The notes below the pieces were generated by a model. That model was not told the origin of the DNA, made no database searches, and was given only the letters and a program-made list of their open reading frames with translations. Position numbers and translations under genes: made by a program. This document shows positions 1 to 12,297 of a stretch of 64,000 bases of DNA, piece by piece (the stretch's first letter is position 1; every line of letters begins with the position of its first letter). This DNA is from Torpedo marmorata (Eukaryota), in the NCBI GenBank assembly GCA_977017645.1, contig OZ360219.1, forward strand, positions 69,564,001 through 69,628,000, written 5' to 3'.

Positions 1-1476
1 GTTGTTAAACATACTTTACGAATTTGGTTTCAAATTAGGAAGTCTGTAAGTGCACATGGTTTTCTATTGAATAGTCCCATTTTGTATAATTATTTTATTC
101 TCCCATCAACAATGGATAGTGGTTTCCGCAGCTGGTCAACACTTGGGATTAGGACTTTCCTGGATTTATTTGTGGATGGTAATCTTGCAACATTTCAACA
201 ACTAGTTACTAAATTTAACTTACCTGCTCAACATTTTTTTCGATATCTTCAAGTCAGGAACTTCTTAATTTCACTTAAATTGTGCCTCCCTCAAGCATTA
301 AATTTGGAAATTATCCGAGAGATTTACGAGGTCAAGTCAGATACTAAGAAACCCCTATCTCTTTTTTATTTGTTATTGACTCATTCTAGTTATAGGGAAG
401 ATATATTATTAAAGGTTAAACAGCAGTGGGAACTAGATTTTCAAGAGGAGATTTCTGTTCCCGTATGGGAACGGGTGCTCCTAGCTATTAATTCTTCTTC
501 TTTATGTGCTCGCCATTCATTTATCCAGCTTAAAGTTGTTCATCGAGCTCATTACTCTAAGTCTCGATTAGCTAAGTTTTACCCAAATCTTCCCCCCCTT
601 TATGATAGATGTAAAATCGAGGAAGGTACCTTATACCATATGTTTTGGACATGTCCTTCGTTATATAATTACTGGTCTAGTATTTTTCAGACGTGGTCCA
701 CTGTTCTCTTTTTTTTTTTTTAATATTTTATTTAAAATTTTAAATCACACGATAATACATGTTTATAAAATACAAAATATCAAAATACATGTGATATATT
801 TTCACCCTCCCCTCCCTAATCCACCCACCCACTCTACTCTAACAAAAAATAAAAAAATAAAAAATAAAGTGTGGAGAATGTCATTCGAAAAGAAACAACT
901 ATAAATTAATTTTATTGTGGAACACAGGTTCGCCAGTCGGACCCGATATCAAGAGATTTTCAAATCCTTAAACCCAGTTTTTGTATATGAGCTCCATACT
1001 GGCTCAACTGTGTGATGTCATGCTTGACGTTGGAAAAAATTTATTGTTCTTATCTTGATAAAAATCTCAATTTTCAGAGGATATGGGGTTCGTTTATGAG
1101 CCTCTTTCCGACATTGTAATACGGGCTTTATAACATTCTTTCTTTTTTCTTTATCTTAGCCAGTTTCAGACGCGCATGGATTAGGGTTTAGATTTCCTCC
1201 CCTTTTCTGTTAGTTAGTTGTAGTTTAGATTCCTTTTTTTTTTCTTTTCATTTGCTTTTATGTTTTGGGGGTATTTCAGTTTTATGTGGCCATTCCTTGA
1301 TTGCTCTTTCCTTGTATTATTACTTCTGAGAGGGGACTTAATGACATTTGTAATTATAATTTTCTTTATTATTATCCTTGTATTGTACTTATTGTATACT
1401 TTTGCACTGACTGCCTCTGTATTGTTTGACCTTATTTGTTTTAAAAATCAATAAATAAAATTGAAAAGAAAGAAAA
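1..1476 (+). mobile_element. L1-clade LINE, 3' part of ORF2 plus 3' UTR (decayed, interrupted at ~709-975)
   Basis: ORF 67-723 carries L1 C-terminal motifs (FFRYLQVRNF, QLKVVHRAHYS, degenerate zinc knuckle ..RCKIEEGTLYHMFWTCP). It resumes near 995 (MSCLTLEKI...WGSF), followed by a T-rich UTR, AATAAA and an A-rich tail near 1450-1476. Confidence 0.85.
709..975 (-). mobile_element. Short 5'-truncated L1 (3' UTR only) inserted antisense
   Basis: Poly-T at 709-721, then the reverse complement of the same 3' UTR seen at 6371-6644 and 48675-48976 (G-rich tract, CTGGCGAA motif). Confidence 0.8.
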
Positions 1477-2130
1477 TATTCTGGTAAACTATTGAAGACA
1501 GAATTGCAGCATCAGTAATCCCTCTCAAAACATATCCAGTTCTAGCCAACATAATGTTAAACTGATCTTTCAGTGGATGAATGCATTACCCAGTGTCGAA
1601 CTGAGCCATACAGATTGGAAGCTTCTAACACTTGCCCATTTAAAGTTGGCTGTCTATGGCTGGGATGCGATGCTGGATGGATATCTGATCTGTGGGAACG
1701 CACCCTTATTAGGAATTGAGATATAGCTTGAACAAATGTGCAGAGCTCTTACAGTGTCATCAAGTTTGATGATGACACAACAGTAGCTGGCCTCAACAGC
1801 AACAATGATGAGTCGCACTACAGAGAAGAGGTAGAAAATCTCATAATATGGTGCAAGAGTAACAACCCGAGTCTCAACGCAAACAAGACAAAGGAGATGA
1901 TCGTGGACTTCAGGAGGACCAGGAAAGACCACCTTCCACTACACAGGAGGACCAGGAACGATCACCCTCCACTACACATCAACAACTCTGCAGTGAAGAG
2001 AGTGGAGAGCACCAAGTTCCTTGAAGTTCACTTAACTAATGACCTATCCTGGACCACTTGTCATGAAGATGCAACTGCACTTCCTGAGAAGACTGATGAA
2101 GCAGGCAAGGCTACTGGCCACCATTATGTC

Positions 2131-2398
2131 GGAATAGGACATTTTGGTTGTCGCAGTTTGGCACCGTATATTTTGGCACTCTCATTTTGGCGACGGACAT
2201 TTTGGCAAAAAAACTTTTGTAGCCCTTCGGACATTTTGGTGCCCACAGCTTGGCACTAGCCCGACAACCCACGGCGTTACGGCATTGCCTGAACCCCAGT
2301 GTTTCAGAAACTCCCTTCCCCCAGGAAACCGCTGATAGACCCACGACACCTCCAAAACGTCCGGTGCCAAATTGTGGGCGCCAAAATGTCCTAGACCC
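2131..2398. mobile_element. Non-autonomous TIR element (MITE), 9-10 bp TSD, Mutator-like
   Basis: Direct repeat CCATTATGTC at 2121-2130 and 2399-2408. Imperfect TIRs TAGGACATTTTGG...TTTGGCACCG / CGGTGCCAAA...CCAAAATGTCCTA. Internal TTTTGGC repeats. Confidence 0.75.
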
Positions 2399-2534
2399 CC
2401 ATTATGTCAACCTTCAACAGGAGCTCTATCGAGAGCATCCTGGCCGGCTGCATCACAGTGTGGTACGGTTGCTGCAGAGAAATGGATTGGAAGTCAATTC
2501 ACAGGACCATAAGAGAGACAGAGAGGATCACTGG

Positions 2535-5500
2535 TAAACGCTGGTGGATTTGATTGACAGGGAATGGTTATTATTTGATTATGGGGGATTCTAGAAGTAT
2601 AAACTTAGTAAGTATTAATATAAATGGGCTTAATAATCCAAGTAAAAGAAAAAGAACTTTGGCATATATTAAAAAGTTGAAAGTAGATATAGCTTTTTTA
2701 CAAGAAACCCATCTGACAGATATCGAACATCAAAAATTGAAAAGAGATTGGGTAGGACATGTTATAGCTTCGTCATTTAATTCTAGAGCTAGAGGAGTAG
2801 CTATTTTAGTTAATAAAAGTTACCTTTTAAGATACAATCGACAGTGATTGATACGGCAGGAAGATATGTTTTGATATATTGTCAAATTTATTCAGAATTT
2901 TGGACTCTTATGAATTTATATGTGTCAAATCCTGATGATGAACAATTTATTCAAGATGCTTTTTTACATTTATCAGATGCTAAAGAAAATATTTTAATTG
3001 GCGGAGATTTTAACTGTTGTTTAAATCCAATAATGGATAAAACTTCTAAAACATCTGTTAGACCTAAAATAGTTAAAAAGATTTTTAATTTGATGGAGGA
3101 TTTAAATTTGGTGGATATTTGGAGAAAATTGAAGCCTAGAGAGAAAGACTATTCATTTTATTCATTTAGACATAATTCATTTTCTAGGATAGATTTATTC
3201 CTGTTATCTTCACAAATTCAGGATAGAATAACTCAGGTATCCTATAAAGCAAGAATAATTTCAGATCATTCGCCCTTATTAATGACATGTATAATCCCGG
3301 AGAAGGAAAAAACTGTATACAATTGGAGATTTGACTCTTCTTTATTGAAAAGAAAGGATTTTTGTGAATATATGAGAAGAGAAATTCGGGAGTTTTTAAG
3401 AACAAATAATAATTCGGTTAATGATAAATTTATGATATGGGAGGCTTTGAAAGCCTACCTAAGAGGTTTAATAATAAGTTTTTCAGCAAAGATTAAAAAA
3501 GATTATTTGAAAGAAGAAGAAAAATTAGAGAAGGAGATTGAATTTATGGAAAAGGATTTACAGAGAAATAAGTCTATTCTTAAGATAAATCGTTTAGTGA
3601 GGAGGAAATTACATTATAATTTATTACAAACTCGTAAGACTGAAAAATTGATAGAAAGAACAAAACAAAGATATTATGAATTAGGGGAAAAAGCTCATAA
3701 GGTTTTGTCATGGCAGTTAAAAAAAGAGCAAGTTTCTAAAACTATCAATGCTATAAGGAAGAGAAATACTGGGGAAATAACTTATAAGCCACAAGAAATA
3801 AATGAATCTTTTAAAGAATATTATCAGAATTTATATAGATCTGAGATTAATCATGATGATATGAAGATTAATAGATTTCTATCTAAAATTACTATATCTA
3901 AATTGAATGTTCAAAGTAAATATTCTTTGGATCTACCTTTCACGATGAGAGAAATTACTGAGGCAATATCGACGTTGAAAAGTGGTAAATCTCCGGGTGA
4001 TGATGGATTTCCAGTAGAATTTTATAAAGAATTTAAAGATTTATTGATACCTTTATATATGGAGGTATTGAATCAAGTTACGGAAACTCATTTATTACCG
4101 AAGACTTTCTTAAATGCTATTATTACGGTTATACCAAAGAAAGATAGAGATGTGTTGAAAACTGAGTCTTATAGACCTATTTCATTGTTAAATGTAGATT
4201 ATAAAATAATGACAAAAATTTTAGCAAATAGATTAGCTAAATATTTACCAAATTTAATACATTCAGATCAAGCTGGATTTATTAAGAATAGATATTCGAA
4301 AGATAATATAGCTAGATTGATAAGTTTGATTAATGTATATAAGAAGAAACAAGATTTACCATTGGTGGTAACATTGGATGCAGAGAAGGCTTTTGATAGA
4401 GTAGAGTGGAATTTTTTATTTAAAGTTTTGGAAAAATTTGGATTTGGAGATAATTTTATAAATTGGATTAAAACTATATATAAAGAACCTACGGCCGAAG
4501 TAGTTACAAATGGACAAGTATCACAAAAATTTTTGTTATCAAGATCAACAAGACAGGGATGTCCTTTGTCACCTGCTTTATTTGTTTTGGTAATAGAGCC
4601 TTTAGCTGAAATGATTAGAGAAGATATAAATATAATGGGAATAAAAGTTGGTAGGGAAGAACATAAGATTAGCTTATTTGCAGATGACGTATTAATATAT
4701 ATGACGAAATCTGTTGCATCACTTCAACGATTGGCTATTATATTGACAGAATATGGTGAGATATCTGGATATAAAATTAATTCAGATAAAAGTGAGATTT
4801 TGGCTTTATCTCAAGGGGATTATACTAGATGTAAAGAAGTTACGGACTTTAAATGGACTAAAGAAAGTATTAAATATTTGGGAGTTAAAGTGGATACAAA
4901 ATTGGAAAATCTGTATAAATTAAATTATATACCTTTATTCATGAAAATAAAAAAAGATTTAGAACTTTGGAAAGACTTACCTATAACTTTGATGGGAAGA
5001 GTAAATTGTATCAAAATGAATGTTTTTCCAAGAATTCAATATCTTTTTCAATCGATTCCTTATGGTATTCCAAATAAATTTTTTAAGGATTTAAAATTTG
5101 TTGTTAGGAAATTTTTATGGAAAGGAAAGTTGGCAAGAGTAAGTATAGATAAATTAACATGGAACTATGAGATGGGAGGGTTACAACTTCCCAATTTTCA
5201 GTATTATTATAAAGTAGCTCAATTAAAGTTTATTAATGATTTTTTTGATTTGACTAAATCGTCTGCTTGGATTAATATAGAATTGAATAATATAGGAGAA
5301 ATACACAAAGAAGAGATTATTTATAAATGGAATTCTAAATTGTTGTCAGTTAAAAAGAAAAACACACCAATTATTAAACATTTGTTGGAAATTTGGTCAC
5401 AGGTAGATAAAGAAATAGGTCGAAAAGGATCAATTTCTTTAAATACACCAATATACCAAAATCCGCTTATACCATTTTCTATGGATAATCAGTTACTCAA

Positions 5501-6644
5501 ATTATGGTTTCAAAAGGGAAGTAAGACTTTAAAAGATTGTTTTGAAGCTGGTAGATTTATTACTTTTCAAAGGTTAAAAGAAAAATTTAATATATTAGAT
5601 AATACAATGTTAGTTTATTTTCAAGTTAAAGCTTTTTTGACTGAGAAATTAGGGAATGAATTAGTAGCACCAAGACAAAATGAATTGGAATTGTTAATTA
5701 CTAAAGCTAATATTAATAAGTTTATATCACAAATGTATAAATTGTTTCAGAGAAAGATGTCTAAAGTAGGGTTACATAAATCTAGATTAAAATGGGAATT
5801 AGACTTAAACGTTAATATAGATGAAAATCATTGGAAAGATTTATGTAAATTAAGTATGACTAAAGTTATTAATGTTAGATATAGATTAGTGCAATATAAC
5901 TTTTTTCATCAATTATATTTAACACCTAAAAATTGAAGAAATTTAACCCAGCGTTATCAGATATGTGTTTTAGATGTAAAAGTGAAATAGGTTCTTTTGT
6001 ACATTGTACATGGTTATGTTCAAAAATTCAAGATTTTTGGCTGAAAATTAAGAATTTTTTAGAGAGAATTTTTAATGTTGAATTTACAATGGATCCTATG
6101 TTATTTTTATTCGGAGATATTAAAAAATTTAGTATTAGAAATAGATTAAATATGTATCAAATAGAATTTTTACGTATAATATTAGCAGTTTCGAAAAAGT
6201 GTATAGCTATTACTTAAAAGTCGGATGTGGATTTAAATTTAGAACGATGGCATGCAGAGTTACGTTCATGTATACCTTTAGAAAAAATTACTTATAATTT
6301 GCAAAATAAATATCATTCTTTTTTGAAAATTTGGGGCCCATATATGAGGATTATGGGTTTAATAATGTAAATTCTCTGGATATCAGATCCACTGGCGAAA
6401 ATAACCTCTAAGGTAAATTAGTTTTAAGTTTGTTGTCTCCTCATTCTATTTTTCTATCTTTCTTTTTTCTTTTCTCTTTACTATATTATTATTTTTAGAG
6501 TAGTGGGGATATAGGGGTTAGGGTGGGGAGGGTGGGAAGGGGGGAGAAAATGTAAATCACATGTATTTTTCTTTGAAATATATGCAAAATTATTTTATGT
6601 AATCTGTGATTTAAAAATTTAAATAAAATATTTTTTTTAAAAAA
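2535..6644 (+). mobile_element. L1-clade LINE truncated just upstream of ORF2, 15-bp TSD
   Basis: TSD AGAGAGGATCACTGG at 2520-2534 and 6645-6659. Complete ORF2 region, G-rich 3' UTR, AATAAA and short A tail. Confidence 0.95.
2581..6370 (+). pseudogene. L1 ORF2 (APE endonuclease, reverse transcriptase, CCHC) with two frameshifts and one stop
   Basis: NINGL, FLQETH, GGDFN, SRID and SDH endonuclease motifs. YRPISLLN, DAEKAFD, TRQGCPLSP and LFADD RT motifs. CFRC...HCTWLC knuckle. Breaks near 2830, 5930 and 6215. Confidence 0.92.
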
Positions 6645-7470
6645 AGAGAGGATCACTGGAGTCTCCCTCCCCCCCCAATCGACGTGATCTACCGGGATCA
6701 TTGTCTGAAGAGGGCGCGCAAAATCATTGAGGACCCCTTCCACCATGCACACAGCATCTTTCAGCTGCTCCCGTCGGGAAAGAGATGCAGGAGTATCAGA
6801 GCCAGCACCACCAGGCTGAGGAAGAGCTTCTTCCCACAGGCAGTGAGAATGTTGAACGACCAAAGGAACTGCTCACACTAACCATCCGAGACTCATATTC
6901 ATGAAACAATATTTATTTATATATTCGTACATATGAATACTTGTCCTACATATGTATTGTTTGTCTTTATGTATTTTGTCTGGTTGTATGTCCACGTGTT
7001 TTGCACCAAGGAGCGGAGAACGCTGTTTCGTCAGATTGTACTTGTGCAATCAGATGACAATAAACTTGACTTGAAATGTGCAGGTTAGTCAAGTGGATGC
7101 TCAGTCTTCGAGAAACCACGCAACTTGTGATTGATGGTAGAATTTTCTGAAAGGCAGGTGGATGTAGAACTGGAAGCGCCAAATAAATCTACGTGTCTTC
7201 ATTAAAGAATAAAACAGAAAATATGCTGCAATATAATTCATAATAAACTTTTATATTTATTGAATATTATATGACAAAGGGAAATGCAGCAAAATCCCTG
7301 GTATCTGGAATTCAAGCAACACGCAAAAAAAAAGGGGGAAATAAATAATAAATAAATATTTAAATAAAAGTAGAAAATTGTAAAAGTACCAGTAAATGTT
7401 CTCCGAAGCAACACACAAGCCCTTGGTGAAGATGGGAGCAAACATTCAGCCAGCGGAGTGCCCTGGTCAT

Positions 7471-7604
7471 GCCCCGCCCGCAGCAGCTGTTTGAATAAAG
7501 TTTTGTTTGAATAAAATGGCGGCACCCAGGATGAAGAGCCGGCCGATGCCGCTCACTGCTAGATCGACTCTCCAAAAGTGTCTCCCTATCCCTGCCTGGT
7601 AAGA
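7471..7604 (+). promoter_or_regulatory. Candidate promoter/first exon (GC box, YY1-type AAAATGGCGGC, splice donor)
   Basis: Locally CpG-rich. GCCCCGCCC at 7471-7479, AAAATGGCGGC at 7513-7523, CTG|GTAAGA donor with GT at 7599-7600. No recognised protein. Confidence 0.35.
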
Positions 7605-7647
7605 GTCTTTATTAAGTATATTAGTAAGGCTTTGGGGTTAATTATGA

Positions 7648-7715
7648 CAGCGGCACGGTTAGCGTAGTGGTTTGCGCACCGCTGTTACAGCGCCAGCGAC
7701 CAGGGTTCAAATTTA
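7648..7715 (+). mobile_element. tRNA-derived SINE 5' fragment (HE1/V-SINE-like)
   Basis: GGCACGGTTAGCGTAGTGG A-box and GGTTCAAAT B-box; matches the fuller copies at 31.2k, 32.9k and 54.6k. Confidence 0.75.
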
Positions 7716-7789
7716 CATTTAAATTTTGTAAGTTACGGAATTACCTGATTAGAGTGAACTTTACAAAATTAAGGACTACAATACAGAGA

Positions 7790-8985
7790 CGAAGGAAAGA
7801 CTGGATGTTGTCTACATGGACTTTAGTAAGTTCTTTGACAAGGTCCCGCATGGGAGGTTGGTCAGGAAGGTTCAAACGCGAGGTATTCATGGTGAAGTAC
7901 TGAACTGGATTCGACAATGGCTGGACGGGAGAAGCCAGAGAGTAGTGGTGGATGATTGCTTCTCAGACTGGAGGCCTGTGACTAGTGGTGAACCTCAGGG
8001 ATCGGTGCTGGGACCATTGTTGTTTGTCATCTATATCAATGATCTGGATGATAATGTGGTAAATTGGATAAGTAAATTTTCAGATGACACTAAGATTGGA
8101 GGTGTTGTGGACAGTGAAGCTTGCAGAGGGATCCGGACAAGCCGGTAAAGTGGGCTGAAAAATGGCAGTTGGTATTTAATGCAGGCAAGTGTGAGGTGTT
8201 GCATTTTGGAAGGACAAACCAAGAAAGGACATACATAGTAAATGGAGGTGCATTGAGGAGTGCGGTAGAACAGAGGGATCTGGGAATACAGATACATAAT
8301 TCCCTGAAAGTGGCATCACATGTGGATAGGATTGTAAAGAAACCTTTTGGCATATTGGCCTTCATAAATCAAAGCATTGAGTACAGGAGTTGGGATGTTA
8401 TGTTAAAGTTGTATAAGACATTGGTGAGGCCAATTTTGGAGTATTGTGTGCAGTTTTGGTCGCCTAACTACAGGAAGGATATCAATAAGATAGAGAGAGT
8501 GCAGAGAAGATTTACTAGGATGTTGCCTGGAATTCAGGGACTGAGTTACAGGGAAAGGTTAAACAGGTAAGGACTTTATTCCCTGGAGCGTAGAAGAATG
8601 AGGGGTGATTTGATAGAGGTATTTAAAATTATGAGGGGGATAGGCAGGATAAATGTCGATAGGCTTTTTCCATTGAGGGTGGGTGAGATTCAAACAAGAG
8701 GACATGGGTTAAGGGTGAAAGGGGAAAAGTTTAGGGGGAACATGAGGGGGAACTTCTTCACTCAGAGAGTGGTGGGAGAGTGGAACGAGCTTCCAGCTGA
8801 AGTGGTAGATGCGGGCTTGATTTTAACATTTAAGGGAAATTTGGAAAGGTATATGGATGGTAGAGGTATGGAGGGCTATGGATCGAGTGCAGGTCAGTGG
8901 GACGAGGCAAGAAAAAGTGGTTCGGCACAAACTAGAGGGGCCGAAGTGGCCTGTTTCTGTGCTGTAATTGTTCTATGGTTCTATT
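7790..8985 (+). mobile_element. CR1 LINE 3' half (RT), decayed
   Basis: [40 protein letters not shown] motifs; tail 'ttctatggttcta'. Confidence 0.92.
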
Positions 8986-9254
8986 TTATATTTTGCACTG
9001 CCTTTTGTCTTTTAAACTGTTTATTCTTAAGCAAATGTTATTAGTTAGGCATTGTAAGAGTGTTTCTCGGGCAACCGTAAAATTAGCATATCCGGCATCT
9101 GCAATGCCCGTAGGTGCCGGACACCAGGGATTTTACTGTACCTTAGCATCCATCAGATTAAAAGCCTTCAAGAAGATACAGAGTTGATGCAGGAATGCTG
9201 TTTTCCCTGTTGGGGTATCAAGAACCAGAAATCACACCCTCAAAATAAGGTGTC

Positions 9255-10280
9255 AAAGTTCAAAGTCATTAGGCCTTTTCACACCGCCGATTCCTGCCAA
9301 CCCTCCTAGGAACCGGGTAAAGTTCCCGGGAAGGCTGCATCTCCGGGGCCTTTCACACTGCAGCCTTACTTACCTGGTAAATCGGCAACCCGGGATTTTA
9401 AACTCCAGCGGTGACAATGCGCGAGCAGGTTGTCCTTTCACACCGCCAGAAGGCGATTGGCGGGTTAACTCGGCCAGGCTCCAAGAGTAACCCCGCCCCC
9501 ACGTCTCCGAGCCCGGTTGAATTTGACCTGCCCTACCCGGTTGGGACGTTTCACACCGCACGATTACCGGGTAAGTTACCGGGTAAATTGCCCGGTTAAC
9601 CCACATGTACTCGGCGGTGTGAAAGGGCCTATTGTTAGATCACATACATGACATCACATACAACCCTGAGACTCTTTTTCCTGCGGGTCAGGCAGAATTT
9701 CTACTTATTGGTAACTGTAAACAAGAAAAGATATGTATACATAAGAGAGAAATGTAAACAGGAAGAAATGTAAACAAACTGCAACTGCAAAAAAATTCAG
9801 TAATAAATAAATAAATTAAGAGTCCTTAAATGAGTCTCTGAGTTTGTTGTTTAGGAGTCTGATGGTTGAGGGGTAGAAATTGTTCCTGAACCAGGTGGTG
9901 TGAGTCTTGTGGCACCTATACCTCTTTCCTGATGGCAACAGAGAGAACAGAGTATGACCTGGGTGGTGTGATACCTCGATGATTGCTGCTGCTCTCTGAT
10001 GTCCCATGTAGATGTTCTCGATCGTGGGGAGAGTTTTAGCTGCGATGTACTGGGCTGTGTCCACTACCTTTTGCAGATCTTTCTGCTCAGAGGTATTGGT
10101 GCCCCCATAGCAGGCTGTGATGCAGCTGGTCAGCACACTCTCCACTACACATCTGTAGAAGTTTGCCAAAGTTTCCGATGATATACTGAACAAACTTCTG
10201 ATGACGTAGAGGTGCTTACGTGCTTTCTTCACGATGACATTAGTATGTTGGGTTCAGGAGAGGCCCTCCAAGATAGTCTC
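9255..10280 (-). mobile_element. Rex1/Babar LINE 3' fragment
   Basis: ORF 9816-10232 (FYRCVVESVLT, HHPGHTLFSLLPSGKRYR, FYPSTIRLLN). 3' UTR matches 43135-43340 and is interrupted by the 9271-9630 MITE. Confidence 0.85.
9271..9630. mobile_element. PIF/Harbinger-like MITE, 360 bp
   Basis: 20-bp TIR AGGCCTTTTCACACCGCCGA / TCGGCGGTGTGAAAGGGCCT (1 mismatch). 3-bp TSD ATT at 9268-9270 and 9631-9633. Internal TTTCACAC repeats; CpG-rich. Confidence 0.8.
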
Positions 10281-10719
10281 CAATGATCAGACACATTTAG
10301 AAAGATACAAATTACATTTAAAAATCAAAGATTGACACAATAGAATGCAAATTTAAGTTAATTGTAAGTTAATTGAAAAAGTGATGGTAATTAAAGGTGT
10401 GTATTAAAAAAATAGTTGAATTCCTTTTTAGTGACGTTTTCTGATCCAATTCAAAAGAATGGGGTGCTGCTGTAGATGGCAAACCAAGCTAGTATAAAGC
10501 AGAGAAGCCAGGTATAAAGTGTATCCAGACCCTTATCAAACTCAGGAACCACTTGTGAATTTAGTGCTGAGTCTAGCAGCAGAGCAGGAGGTCATATGCA
10601 CCAACAGAATATACTGATACTGGCACTAAAGTTACCCAATGGGCCCCAACATCTGCATCACTCCTTCCCTTAATTGAAAAGGCCCTGGTTTAAAAGTGCC
10701 CTAAAACACAGCATTGTAC

Positions 10720-12295
10720 ACAATCATGGGACCTGTACAGATTAAAGAGGAGGAGGAGCTTGCTGTCTTAAAGCAAATAAGGGTAGATAAATCCCAGGGC
10801 CTGACAAGATATTCCCTCGGACCTTGAGGGAGGCTTGTGTAGAAATTGAAGGGGCTCTGGCAGAAATATTTAAAATTTCCTTCGCCACAGGTGTGGTGCT
10901 GGAGGATTGGAGGGTAGCTCACGTTGTTCAGTTGTTTAAACAAGGCTCCAAAAATAACCCTGGAAATTATAGGCCGGTGAGCCTCGTGTCAGTTGTAGGT
11001 AAATTATTGGAAGGTGCTCGAAGAGATCCAATATACAAGTATTTGGATAGCCAGGGACTGATTAGGGATAGTCAACATGGCTTGTGTGTGGTAGGTTGTG
11101 TATAACCAATCTTATAGAGTTTTTCAAGGAGGTTACCAGGAAAGTTGACGAAGGAAAGGCTGTGCATGTTGTCCACGTGGACTTTAGTGAGGCCTTTGAC
11201 AAGGTCCCACATGGGAGGTTAGTCAGCAAGGTTCAAATGCTCGGTATTCATGGTGAAGTAGTAAACTGGATTCGTCAATGGGTGGACGGGAGAAGCCAGA
11301 GAATAGCGGTGGATGATTGCTTCTCAGACTGGAGGCCTGTGACTAGTGGTGTGCTTCAGGGATCAGTGCTGGGACCATTGCTGTTTGTCATCTATATCAA
11401 TGATCTAGATGATAATGTGGTAAATTAGATCAGCAAGTTTGCAGATGATACTAAGATTGGATGTTTTGTGGACAGTGAAGAAGGTTTTCAAAGCTTGCAG
11501 AGGGATCTGGACCAGCTGGAAAAATGGGCTGAAAAATGGCAGATGGAATTCAATGTTGAATTCAATTCAAGTGTTGCATTTTGAAAGGACAAACCAAGAA
11601 AGGACATACATGGTAAATGGGAGGGCATTCAGGAGTGCAGTAGAACAGAGGGATATGGGAATACAGATACATAGTTCCCTGAAAGTGGTGTCACAGATAG
11701 ATAGGGTTGTAAAGAGAACTTTTGGCATATTGGCCTTCATAAATCAAAGTATTGAGTATAGGAGTTGGGATGTTATGTTAAAGTTGTATAAGACATTGGT
11801 GAGGCCATTTTTGGAGATTGTGTGCAGTTTTGGTCACCTAACTACAGGAAAGATATCAATAAGATATAAAGAGTGCAGAGAAGATTTACTAGGATGTTGC
11901 CCAGACTTCAGAAGAAGAATGAGGGAGATATGATAGAGGTATTTAAAATTATGAGGGGTATAGACAGATTAAATATAGGTAGGCTTTTTCCACTGAGGGT
12001 AGGTGAGATACAAACCAGAGGACATGGGTTAATGGTGAAAGGGGAAGGTTTAGGGGGAACATGAAGGGGAACTTCACAGAGAGCGGTGGGAGTGTGGAAC
12101 AAGCTGCCAACTGAAGCGGTGAGTGCGGGCTCAATTTTAACATTTAAGAAATAAGTTGACAGGTACATGGATGGGAGAGGTATGTAGGGCTATGGACTGG
12201 GTGCAGGTCAGTGGGACTAGGCAGGAAAATGGTTCGGCACAGACTAGAAGGCTGAAGGGGCCCGTTTCTGTGCTGTAATGTTCTTTGGTTCTATG
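10720..12295 (+). mobile_element. CR1 LINE 3' part, decayed
   Basis: [30 protein letters not shown] motifs across frameshifted ORFs; CR1 tail at ~12280-12295. Confidence 0.92.
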
Positions 12296-12297
12296 AT

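Larger units (their letters stand above)
1735..7073 (+). mobile_element. Rex1/Babar LINE 3' fragment split by a MITE (2131-2398) and an L1 (2535-6644)
   Basis: IKFDDDTTVAGL and KTKEMIVDFRR RT motifs at 1738-2110. Continues at 2409-2534 and 6660-6880 (DPFHHAHSIFQLLPSGKR...SFFPQAVR). Tail 'gacaataaacttgacttga' ends at ~7073. Confidence 0.85.
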
